Source of the DNA: Tubulanus polymorphus
Lineage: Eukaryota; Animalia; Nemertea
Assembly: GCF_964204645.1 (NCBI RefSeq)
Contig: NC_134030.1
Coordinates: forward strand, 8,289,122-8,353,121
Length of the DNA: 64,000 nt
Reading direction: 5' to 3'
Of this stretch, positions 1-12,515 are shown one piece after another. Below the pieces are notes generated by a model. The model saw only the letters and a list, made by a program, of their open reading frames with translations. It was not told where the DNA came from and did not search any database. Within the stretch, counting starts at the first letter, position 1; every line of letters starts with the position of its first letter. The translations under genes and the position numbers were made by a program.

Positions 1-1239
1 ATACGTCATCAATACTGGCGTTCCAAATAACAATTAAAACTGTAAATTTTGGCGATAATTTCGTAATTTTTTAACTCTTATTCTATTTTTGATAAATCTT
101 AATAATCATTTTTTGAGAGGATGTGCCCTACGTCATCAATATATCATGGCTAGACTAGTTGCTTGTCAATTCAATTCAATTATCGAAATATTCAATCCAA
201 ATAACTTAACTGATCCTTAATGATTAATAGTATAATTATCCTAACAATATGATTTATATTATTGTATTAAGCCATATATGTGTTATTTTTCCAGGCGTCA
301 ATAAACTTTCAAGTTAGTTTTCTTGTTCCTTAATGTAACTATGACATAACCACTGAAACAATAAGTCTGTGTTATGACAATATATAGAGAATGCCACGCT
401 GATATTATATAAGATGAAGGTTTCCTTTAAGCTTAAATAATTAATTCATTCGATGTTTCGACTGTAACCTAATCGGGAATCTTCAGGAATGAGATATGAA
501 ACCGTGAGACTTACTTACATTTTTACTATGATATTTTATTCATCATTTGATCAATAAAGTGTTTTTTCTAATTCTCAGAAGAAATAAGATCCCTATTTAT
601 TGACGGTGTAGCGTAATTCGGAACGATTTTATATTTGCGATGTCCTCTCACTGTTTCCCCGCGACGACGCGACCGGGTTCGAATACCGCTCCCGCGGAAA
701 TATGATTCACGTTTCGTGGCAATTAATTGCAGGGGTGGCCTATAGGTCCGATTTCGCGGTATAGTGGGTCTTTTGTGATCGTTTTGAACGCCTTGAGTCA
801 CACGCGAGCAATATTACCCTGTATATGTAGTCATATTTTCTCTATTATGTACCCGTGTTTTGTTGTCTACATACCTCCACCAGCGCTGTACACAGAACCC
901 GGCTTTTGCAGTTTGAGAGTTTTTAATCGAAATCTCAGCAGACGACTGGCTTGTGTTACGTCTCCATTTCTGATTTCTGATTTGAGGTGTTTCCATAGCA
1001 GAAAACGTCGGCCTGCCATCTTTCGGATTAGCGGCGGCTTATGGATTATGGATTATTTATAAGGACTTAAGTGGATTATCTATCGTTGATAAACAGTCAA
1101 ATTTGGATTAGTTTATCGGTCCGATATTGTTTTGTTGGTCATTCAATAGCGTATGTGCCAAAACACGAGTTGTATAAAATAGCGCACTCTCTATCTATCT
1201 GTTGGATATTTGGTGCGTGGTAATTTTTCGAGAGGAAAA

Positions 1240-4200
1240 ATGAACGACGATAAAGGCTGTTGGGAATTCATCTGGGGCAAATTCTTTAAGAAAAATAATG
1301 GCCATCGCCAATCGAAAACAAAATCGTCGAGACAACGACGAAAGAGTAAGCAAGGAAAGGAGAGTAAGTGTCAATTCTGATAACGTATTGTTTTTTCCAA
1401 TCTGAAAAGCATTGTTAGATTTCTTAATGGTAGTTACGGTAGTTCAGGTTTCTTTGCTCACGGGTGATGGAGGACTTATAGTAGTGGTAGTAGTTGTAGT
1501 TGTAGTGTAGTTGTAGGTTGTAGTAGTTGTAGGTAATTGTTGTAGTAGTTAGTGGTTGTAGTAGGCAACATCGTTATAGGCCTAGCCTTTTTTAGACTCA
1601 TCGCTGATGGAGAGCTCCACTTGAGATTAATCTGTTAATTGTGTTTAATTAGTTGCATTTGTGAAAATCGTCTGTTTTCGTCATAAAACGTCAATTAAGT
1701 CTCCTCTATAGTTGATCTGATATGCTCGATTATTTTAGTTCCTTTTCGTGTGATTTCTTGCCTTGCGAAATTCCATGTAAGAGTTTTCAATATTTATTGG
1801 GCTATAGGCCTATTCATGGCTGTACCTAGCAGAGGCAGTTACCCCAGCCCCTGAAACTGGAAAGGTGCCCTTTGGAAACTGGAAAGGTGCAAGTATTATT
1901 GTTATATCCAATAGAACTGCCCTTTTCGGGATTCTCTGCCCCCCAAATTCAAGTGGCCTTGCTATTCCACGACTGTTCTTCTAATTGAGTCTCGTATGGA
2001 GTAAAACCCTTCCACAACTGATGAAATGATCAATGCAGTCTTTGAGAAATCTTGTGATTAAGTCCGAATTAGATGAAAATAAGGATATAAGTGATCGGGA
2101 TTAAGTGGATTTTACGACAGGCTCGGCATTTTACTGCTCCGCTGTGTGGTACTAGGGTAACGAAGGACTAGGGTTTGGTTATGAGGGAACCGTACAATTA
2201 CGGACAACTAAAGGGCAATGATTCCGTTTCAGTGGTCTTCACTTATTCGGCGTAGACATCGTTGATGTAGGAGTAAGTTTATAGGTAAGCGTTATCTAGA
2301 ACTGTCAGGCGACGTTGACATTTCCATCGGTCTACTCTCGTGACATTTCCATCGGTCTACTCTCGTGTAAACACGAAATACGAGATTTATCAACGTAAAA
2401 TATTCATGTTGAACTCGACATGAACTTAAGGAAATTTTTCTCGTTGACGCGAAGCCGAACGAGTTCGAATAACGAAGCGTAGCTGAACATATTCGTTTAT
2501 GTCGTACAGAATGAAATAACCCACAGTGTAACGTATTTAACACTGGGCAAGTGCCCGTGAAATGTAATAACACATTCATACATATAGTTGTTATGCCTCG
2601 GACGATAAACAGTTCAAAAACTCACTGCAAATGAAATAGATTATAATTCATGTATATATGTATATATATATATAAGAAAAATTATACCTTGTTTTTGTTT
2701 TTCCTAATCGGCCGGCCGGGTCATCTTGTAAACTGGAATAAAATTTATAATCAGTTCATTGCTGGGTCTGTTGTGTTTAGCTTGATCATGATTTAGAAAA
2801 AAAAAGTTATGTACAGGGTAGATAGGCGCTGGCTGGGAGAAACAAGGTAATAATTCGTTTAGCCCTTATTATCCTTTTCCGCGTAATAAGTTTATAATTT
2901 GAAATGCCTGATGTGTTAATTCTGATAGGATGTATCTTGTTTTTTGAGAAAGTTTTCGCAGTTTAGAATAAAGAAATATTTGCTTCATAGTTTTGAAGAT
3001 TATGTAATCGTGACCGACTTCTATTCAAGGCATTTGGCAAACAAGAAATGAGCAATTTCGTGCAAGTCCAAACACAATGCAGTTCAGATATATAAACGTC
3101 TGGACAATTTATTGGCAATTCTCAAGGATTCTTTGAAATATGAATCCTAGCTGACTAATATGTTTACTACAATCACACGAAGCAATGCGTTCTGGTTCCC
3201 CCTTGACCCCGGTACTCAAATCTTTTGTTCGTTGGAACAAAAATACGAAATACTGGTTTTATCAGGTATCGTGTAACAGTACGAAAAACATTACTCATCG
3301 CAAAAACTGGTTAAAAACGTTCTGCTCAAGTTAGACTAGGTTTACCGTTTTATTATCTTTGTACAGTTGACCTTGCTTGATATAGGCCTATCTCAATTGG
3401 GATATCATTATGTCGATGACTTATGTAAACGATGACTTATCCAAATCACGAGTGCTGATTTGAAAATGTAATTGGGAATTCACAGAAACGACTTATGCAA
3501 GTTTGACTGTAATCTAGTACGAATGCATGGAGAATGTTACCAGGGGCGTTTCCAGGGGGATTCCAGGGTGTCCAAGTTTTCTTTTGCTTCTAACACTGTT
3601 ATTCCAAAGCATTGTGAAGAAAATTAGTAGTAGTAACTTGTGTGTCACATAATCTTAAATTTCAAACACCTACGTCACTAAATGCATCTCGAGGCTTCTA
3701 TTTTCCAGACACCAAACGCCACCCCCCCCCCAAAAAAAAAAATCAGTTGTTACACAGTTGATTAACATTTACTTTGGAATCCCTCCATGTCTAATCCTGG
3801 ATCTGCCCCCTGCCACAGTTGTTTCCACAGGTGATAATTTCATGTTTCACCAGACTTGAAAAAATCAGTTATGAAATATGTACATTCAGTACTGTTATAC
3901 ACAGCGTGTACTGTCGAATAATTGCGAATTGTTACAATGGATTCTACATTTCTCGTGAAACAATATACATTAAGTCTCTCCGGGGTTCTAGAACACGAAC
4001 TAACGCTGCAGCAGCGGTTCTCATTACCATATATTTATCATGCAGCCGATATGGCCTTGAATCTGTCAGGGACGTTGCCGCTGACGATGATGAGTACTGC
4101 CGTTACACTGCCTTACAGCCCTGTATTTCGTACGACGGCAGTTCGCCTCGTAAACCGGCATTGATAGACGATGACTATTTCACCCGGAACTGCTCGTTTT

Positions 4201-7200
4201 ACCTGGCTCTCTGATAACACGAGAGAACGATGATGAATAGCTCTGTAAATCAACTGTTTGTATACGTGGGGAAACTAATTCAATACGATTATTCCCATCA
4301 TGTATTTTGAGCTGTATTGATTGAGTGTCGTTGATGGGTGTCATATTTTTTCCCGATGTATGAATGTTTGCTTGGTAGCCATTTTGAAACTATCAGTTTT
4401 TCGGAGCATTCTCATCAATTTCTTCGACATTTACTATATAACGTGACACGTATTTTCGCTTGGTAGCCATTTTGAAATCATCAGTTTTTTTCGAGCGTTC
4501 TCGTCAATTTCTTCGACATTTTCTTCATGATGTGACAAGTTTTTATCAGCCATTTTGTAGAGATGGCGATAGTACACGGCCTTCGCTGTTTTTATTCGTC
4601 TTGTGCCGAGGAGTAACTAGTGCTCATGAATATCTCTCGCTCAACAGCAGATTCAGCAGATTTATCCGATTACCTAGAGTATTATAACGAGAGACTGAAC
4701 TGAAGTTGAACTGGTTGCAAATCAGTCATCGGGAGAAGAATGGCAAATCATTTAGTCTCGACCCTGGTCTAGACCGATTTATAACTTCTAATGCATTCAT
4801 GTGAACTGATGAATGATTTGTATAAGTAGTAATTAGTTCAGATAGTGGAATACTTGTTTCTGAGTAGTGTTAGCTTATCTAAAAATGAGCGGTCCACACT
4901 CTTTCAGCTGAGATCTGACCACTAGTATACCCATGGCTGTGCAGCTGGCCTGTACTAGGGCAGTGGTCATACTGTAGCAGTAAGCCAATACCTGTACAGG
5001 GATGAATTGAAAATAGCCAGTTCTGCATCTGTAGAGTTGCTCATGGAAATCTGTCGGTGTCATTTTAAACTCACAAGGTCCTAGTTTGCTAACTTTTTCC
5101 TTCAACAGGTCTAGCTTTTGGGAAAAGGGGGATGGAATATTGGGTCACTACTCAAACGAATTTGTGGCCCGCATAAATGGCACAGACATCATCAGGGCTA
5201 ATCTGTTGTCTAATGTTTGAAAGAATTAGATCCATTCTGAGCATTTTCCTGGTTTGAATTGAGAACAGTATATATGTATGCTCACAATTTTACCATTTTC
5301 TGATCTAAAGTCTTCAAGAGAAAATTCTAAGGTCACTCATCCGTAAAAAGAGGGCGCACTTACCCCACGTGCACCCCCCCTGGATGCTCCCCTGCAACTA
5401 CTGCCTATATTTTCAAATGTTTCATGTCCATACATTTTATATTTTGTAGGTAGCGAACCGTCAATCGGCAGCGGACAGAGCGGACAGAGCGGACATCATT
5501 CATCGTCGATATCGAAGCGTTCGTTGCTCAGTCAAGACAACCTGACGTACGGCAGCACGACGAAGCCGTCGAACGGCACGGCTGCGAATGCCGAACGCAA
5601 GAGCACGTCGGAATCGGAAATCAGCTCGATGACCGCGCCGAAACCGATACAAAAACAACCCGTATCGAACAAATCTTCCAACTCGAATACCGATATAGAT
5701 GGCGCCGCCGACGACGATAATAGTAAATATGCGGATAATAACAATAAGTTCGTTAACTCGAAAAAAGGTGGCGCCGACGATGTCGTCGACAATTGTACAC
5801 CGAACGATATTCAAATCGAATCGATTCTAAATTGCGCGGATATCGTTAAGAAACAAACGACTGTTTACTCGAACGGTGCCGTTACGCGGACAATAGTCGG
5901 CGCGACGACCGACGAGGACGATGTGTTCCCGTCCGTTCATCGGCGCCTCGGCTCCTCCTGCGGCGCCAAGCAGAACGTCGTCAACGCCGTCGATAACGAA
6001 TCGACCGATATATTCCCAGACAATAGAGATGCGGTGATCGCTACGAGCGCGAGGAAAGCGGCGATCGTCGTTCCGCTCGCTAAACGCAAGGATAGCATGG
6101 TCGGCAAGGTATGTATAGGCCTATGAACGCTAGAGGTCTAATGTCTGGTTTTGAAGTGCGCGTTTCAGGTGAAGCAGGGGCGGATCTTGGAGAATTGGAA
6201 GGCCAGGTCCAGAAGAAAAGAAAAGGCACTTTTCGAATAATGCAGCTAAATCAGAGGCCTCAATTGGGGTTCCACATGGTTTCGCCCTTGGTTTTAGATA
6301 TTTTTGAAGAAATACATGTGTACATCCAAAAAGTTGTCATTTCGGAGGGGATGAGTACAAAATTAGCCCATTTTAGAAATCTCTGTCACGACGAAAAGGG
6401 CCACCTCACTGGGAAGGCAGGCGTCTGGACAGCTGAGACTACCCCACCCCCTAAATCTGCCATGTGACGTCATGACATAGGAAGTCTGGATAGATAAACA
6501 TTGGTACAATGGTGGTAAGTTTGTCCCTTGAAAACGTTATCGGTGCGGCTTGTACTATAAAACTATCATTTCAATTTATAGAGGGTAGTTCAAAGTATGT
6601 GCGAGCAAGACAAGCTCATTTTGTTCCTCTAACCTAGGACCAGTCTTGATTTTCTGATATATTAAGCGAAGCTTAATCTGTTCCATAAGTTTAAACAGGG
6701 ATTTTCGATGATGATTTGATCAGTGTAACGTGTAGCTGGCATGATGTCAAATATTTATGTAGAATTCAAAGAAAAAGATTGACGAATCTCATTTCCTGCG
6801 TAATGAGCCAATGAACAGTTTTTTCCCTATTCAGCGGGGTTTTTTTTTTTTTGTTCTTTAATCGAGATCGTCAATCTTTCTTCGAAAACTAACACTGCTT
6901 TACAAGCGTACCGACGAACGAGAAACCGATGAAGCGTGCCACTTAACATTCTTGACGCGATTACGTTCGTTGCGAAAATAATTTCGTATTTTTGTCCCTT
7001 TTCAAATCGAGCTCCTATTGCGGGGTTGACACATCTCATCGGAATCTTTGCCTATCGCTTTAGATATTGGCTAAATTCACCCGGAAATAGTTATATCTTA
7101 CTAAAATAGAATAGATTTTTTTCTAGATAGCACGGCCTTATATATAATTTGCTCGAGTTTATTCTTGGGAAGACGCAATTACGTCGTAAAAATTTGTTGA

Positions 7201-10200
7201 AATGAAAGAAACGTCTGTGAAATAATGACTTAGTGTATGGACTCTCCGTGCTTAGTGCAACAGCTTTTTCATGACATTTTACGGAACCTTTGAAGCTAGC
7301 TTTGATAAGCCTATTTGGTATACTACCACCACACCGGAAAACTTGTACGTCCTAAATGTTGCGAAATGACCTCATACTACTGGACATTCATCGTTTCTTT
7401 TCTGTTTTTAGACTGATAGTAGTCCGGCAGTACATGTATGTATATATGTCTGTGATCGGGGTTTAATCATTGTTGCGTTGTTTTGTTGATCGCGTATCTT
7501 TCTAATCGTTCATGAAATTACTATTTTGCCGCTTGAAATCAATGTCGAAAAAATGCTAATTGATTGTGCTTGTGTTATCGATTTGAACTATTCAATGATT
7601 ATGATTTTGAGTTATATTATGATTATTGTAAATTATAAGCCAGTATACCCCTCGTATATCCGATCAAGCATCATGATTTTTTGGTTTGGATTAATTGGGG
7701 TTTTATGTTGAAAAGCCCTACCTGCTGCGTCACCCCAGATGTAATGTAGATTTTCGATCCATTTTTTTTTCTTATCCATTCATTCGAATCAACGTCAAAT
7801 TTGAACGGATTGCGTTATTTTGTCGTCGTGATGTAATGAGGCTCGTATCTCGGTCTATTAACGTCGTCTCGTGGGCGAGTGATTTATATTCTATCGGGAG
7901 CTATAATGATGGTGCAATGGTCTCACGCGCAATACGTTATTCAACACACGTTCGCCAGTAACCTGTCGTCTTATCTATCCTAAAATTCATCTCACCTTTC
8001 CAAAACAAATATCCAAGGGCGGATCTACGATTCTTTGATGGCATGGGCCTAAAAATTGGATCGTTCGCTTAATTTGAAAAGGGTAGATTTGGCTGTTTGA
8101 GGGTTGCAAGTTCGAAAATTGGAATGGGCTTTGGTGGCAGCAGAATTTAGCACAAAAAGGGGCTTTTCTGGCCTTCACCACGACCCATATGGAATCATTT
8201 TTGTCCTTTGAAGAATTTCTTTGCAAATACAGTTTCCAGACTTTTTAGAGGGGACATTCAAGGTTTGACTATTTCTGTTGTAGGGGTGAATGTAACCATG
8301 ATCAAACTGGCCATGACCTGTGTGAATCACTCACTTTTACTAAAATCCTTTCAAAATGATACTGTCGCAAGTGAGGTGAATCGCAACCAGAACCATTAGC
8401 ATTCACGCACAATAATTTGAGCCATGCTAGAATTTTGCATGGGTGTGTGTGGTGTGTGGCTAAATAGACCGACTTTGCACCAGTGTGAATGGTTTGGCCC
8501 AAAATTTGGTCTGTGTCAAAGTCGCTTATGCGATCGCGTTTATTGATTTAGGCGAAGGTTATGTCATAGAAGTCGTAGACAGAAAGAACTCTGAATTCTG
8601 AATCAATTTTTCAAGCGCAAACAGATACAGGGTCTGGCTCCCTCTTCAGAAACATTTTCAAGGACACTTCATTCCTAGTAGGTCTCATGAACAACCCCCT
8701 GGATACAGAAATATGAGAATCCGTCAGTCCGCCCATATCTAAATGCACGAACCTCTGTTTAATGGACATTCGAGTTTGTGTCGCCTGTGCATGAGTGTTA
8801 ATCATATCGCACTCATCACACATGAGAGTGAATTCTCATCATCAGCGGACACAGAACGGCATCGTAAAAACCGAATGATTGTAGATTGTACTATCAAATT
8901 ATCGATGCTAGTTTTATGTAGCTAATAGTAATGTCTATGTGGACAAAAATGTGCAATTCATTCAATGGTCTTCAGAATAAGCTAATACATCTATTCATTA
9001 ACTTGAAATTGAAATTCGCCCTATTCAATAGCGCAAAGTAAAAACATCAGCCCCTCCTTTTGGACTTCAGTGATGATGTTGACCTTCTATTCTATTAATG
9101 GCCTTGACATTTAGTTACAGACGAGGCTGAAAAGATGTAACGCGGCGAGTACCGTAGCGGTACTGTAATGAATAATATTGAAATGAAAGTTGTTTGAAAA
9201 AGTTCCTTTTGAAGTGATATCTCAAATCTGTATCGATGTTCATGGACCTAATAGCGATGTCGTGTTTCCGATGAATGTCGGCAAATTTCTACACGAATTA
9301 CCACTTCCCGTCGAAATCCTTCAGATCTCTTGGGCGGTATCAAAAGCAATTGTCTGCGCGAAATAATCTCTAACAGTCGGGTGGGTGTGTCGCGAGCGAG
9401 ATCTCATTCCTGGGCTGGGTTTCATATATGTGGACGCAAAATAATCCCTGGGAACATTTTGAAATTCGTCAGTTATAACCATGGTTTCTCATTGTTACTA
9501 TGGTGGTTGTCACCCAGATTGAGGTTTTACCCCTAGGAATAATTTTGATACTCAGTCTATGAATGTATAAGATACCCGGGCTATTTATGCCACAATCAAT
9601 TACCACTGGTAGTTGTTTTGCATTACTATTTCGACAACCATAACATCAACCATACTATCGTGATATGATTTTCCAATTGATATCCCTCATGCGTCCAGAT
9701 GCTGCAATATTTGATACAAAGCCCCATCGATTGCCTTCATGTTTATTGTGCAAATTCTGTTAACAAATCACCGAAGTAATTGATATCTTGTCTATTGATT
9801 GGTGTTGATATGTCATAGATGTCCTGTACGTATGTGTGTTGTTTTACACCAGGTTGATTTTCCAAGTAGTCCGATGCTTGATTCTGATATTCAATTGGTA
9901 TTTATCGTTTCCCGTATCTAACCATTTGAAAGCAGTTATTTTGACAGGGTGGCCACTGACCTGGAAAACCTGGAGAACTCGGGGAATCGGAAAAATCTAG
10001 AAACAAATCCAGGAATTGGCAAATTTTAACCAAAAAATTGGAAATTTGGATAATAATATTGACCACAACTGTCTTTCTTTATCAGTACCTGGTTCAATAA
10101 AAAGATTAGTGTATTGTAGCATTTTAAACCTAGAAATTTCTCTGATGCACTCAGGGAATTTTGTATAAAACACATGGGAAAATCAGGGAAAACTCCGGGG

Positions 10201-12515
10201 ATGTGTAAATGTGCAGAAAGTGGCCACCCTGTTTGATTTATTCATATCCAAATAAGGCCTATTTGCTGTCTACTTCAAGACTGGTTATTTCCCCCCTGGG
10301 GTAAAAGCCATTCATGGCTGAAGTCATATGGGCTAAAAGATTCCTTCTCATTTTGCTATGTGCCTGAGCGAGGGAGGGAAGAGGGAGGGATGAGGGCGAA
10401 TGTTTTTGTCAGCTGTTGTAGTGAAATAATACAATACAATCGTATGTATATATGTGCGTCTGTTGATCTGTATATAATGTTAATATGTCTGGAAAATGAA
10501 ATCAATGTCTGTCAAGTATCAGCTGCATCCGTCTGATATGTGCTACTAGTGCGCACTATCACTGACAGATGGCAGCAGCTTCCATTAATCGAGTGTACTC
10601 TCGAGTTTGAATATCTCGATATTCTGTTTTTTGTAGGATGGCCATTATTTCATCGCGTTAACGAATAAACAAAGAGAGTTAATTACTGCCAGGTCTGACA
10701 AGGTCGAAGCATATTTACAATCGGACAATATCAATGAAGAAGGTAAGTTTCGTTAGGCTTATATCCAATGTAGAGAAATTCCCACTTCCAAATTTGGCAT
10801 TGATGAAATTTATGATGTTTAAGAAAACATATTCGTTATATACCGGGGTCCAGTTCCACAGTTCTGAGTTCAGATTTGACAACCTGGAAAACTGTAAAGG
10901 GAATTCGTATGATGTTATCGACAGTGTGTTTCAACTAGTTCTTGCCGTTTTTTGTAGCATCTGGTAAAATCCGGGCAGCCATCGGTAAAGCGCATTTGCT
11001 CATGTCGCAGAAGTTCAAACAATTCCTCGGTTTATGCGACGACAATCTAGTAAGTGTTTCGAAATGTGATCGATATACGCAAGTTTTACCCGAAATTTCC
11101 GCTGATAGAAATTTTGTATTTGAGCTAATTTCTGGTTTCCTGCTAACAGGAACCTTAGTGATTTGTATATGTACATCTTCTTGAGAAATTTGCATCAATT
11201 GCTCCATTACTTAATTAGTCATTACTCTCTTGTGGTATCAGGCCTCAAAATAACTACACTGTTTCTTTTTTAGCATCCGAAAGAAGATGGACCGACGACT
11301 ACAATCCAGGATTTGGCCGGATTTTGGGACTTGGTTTTGATTCAAATCGACGACGTTGAGAGCAATTTCGACGAAATTGAAGAAATGAAAAAAGTCGGAT
11401 GGAATGAAGTCGACGAAACGCAGGTTAGTTAAAGATGCAGGCCTAATTTGGCTCGGGCCCGATCTGTGCTAATTTGGCCAAAGCCAAATCTCAGTGTAAG
11501 GGCAACTGGTTTGATCTCATGCTGGTGAATCTTTGAATCTTTTTCACCTTCGATACATGACCTCCTCAGGGCCAAAACGTTTTTTTTCTCAAGTTGTCGA
11601 GATTCAGGTAGAAAAACTAAAATAATCTCTGACCGTTTTTTTAGTTCAAGAAACGAACGTCCAGTTGTTCGAGTCAGAAGTCAGTTAATGGCACCGAAAC
11701 ACCTGAACCAAAAAGTAAGTACCGGGTATTCATCTATTGCGTCATGACTAGTTGCTTGAGAGGACATCAGGTGGCTTAGCTCAATCAGTTTTGTTATTGC
11801 ATACCTGATTTATGTCTTAATAGGACCAGCATATATGGACAGTTGAACTAAAACATTGATATTTAATCCATTTTACACTGCATGGAAGGATTACCAATTT
11901 TCCTTTAAGTGGAGTTGTCTCAAAGAATAGAGGCACCATTTTCACGAGTAAATCAATTTTAACAATGCCTACAAACTGAAGTGTTTTTCAAATCATCTAA
12001 ATTATGATATGTAGGCAAGGAAACATAGAAAACATATTGCTACATATTTAGATTATAAAGTCACTTTTCTCTATTCTACCCCATTCAAAGAGACTTTGGT
12101 GACCCTTTAATGCAGTGTAAAATGGATTAAAAATCAATGTTTTTGATCAACTGCCCATCTATGCTGGTCCTATCAAGACCTATATCGGCTATGAACTACA
12201 CAGACTGACTGGGCTCGGACACCTGATGTCCTCTCAAGCCAAGTTGATATAGACAGTAGTAACGAAATGAATAAAGCAGCCACTGAATATGAAATTGAAT
12301 TATTTGTTGCAGCGCCGACGCGAACGCGAATGCCAAAACGACAAATGAAGCCGAAAACGCCGGCGGAGAAAGCGCGAGAAGAGACGGCTCGTAAGACACG
12401 CGAGGAGGCGCGGCGTCGATTGATGCAGGCGAAACGAGAAGCGCGTAAACGTCTGCTCAGCGGCGAACACGGCGATAAAGAAGTCGAAATATTTGTCCCC
12501 GAGACGACGTCTTAA
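1240..12515 (+). CDS. Disks large-associated protein (DLGAP/SAPAP/GKAP-domain) family gene, ~467 aa. Exons 1240-1363, 5450-6108, 10637-10742, 10958-11049, 11274-11423, 11645-11714, 12313-12515
   Basis: All junctions are GT-AG and phase-consistent. The translation contains GKAP-domain motifs KDGHYF, GKIRAAIGKAHLLMSQKFKQFLGLC, QDLAGFWDLVLIQIDDV and EEARRRLMQAKR...EIFVPE. Assignment of exon 1 (1240) is less certain than the domain exons. Confidence 0.88.
1480..1563. repeat. (GTA/GTT)n degenerate microsatellite
   Basis: Visible GTAGTAGTTGTAGTT runs. Confidence 0.8.
4369..4535. repeat. Two-copy ~89-bp tandem duplication
   Basis: GCTTGGTAGCCATTTTGAAA...CAATTTCTTCGACATTT occurs twice. Confidence 0.75.
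9945..10231. mobile_element. MITE with CAGGGTGGCCACT terminal inverted repeats
   Basis: TIRs at 9945 and 10231 with TTTGA on both flanks. Internal TCAGGGAA motifs. A related copy lies at 36736-37000. Confidence 0.75.
11754..12239. mobile_element. Fold-back/MITE element with ~130-bp imperfect inverted arms in the last DLGAP intron
   Basis: GCTTGAGAGGACATCAGGTG...TTAATCCATTTTACACTGCAT versus TGCAGTGTAAAATGGATTAA...CACCTGATGTCCTCTCAAGC. Confidence 0.8.

Noticed and set aside
602-700. tRNA-like A/B box sequence (GGTGTAGCGTAATTCGG...GGGTTCGAATACC)
   Set aside because: I could not fold a convincing cloverleaf; at most a decayed tRNA-derived SINE.
3541-3812. Recurring GGGGCGGATC-type motifs (also ~6176, 8016, 20972, 33655, 47457)
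   Set aside because: Common degenerate MITE ends; boundaries are too eroded to annotate individually.
3819-4214. 131-aa ORF in DLGAP intron 1
   Set aside because: No recognisable motif, and exons 1 and 2 already join in phase; it could be an alternative exon but is unsupported.
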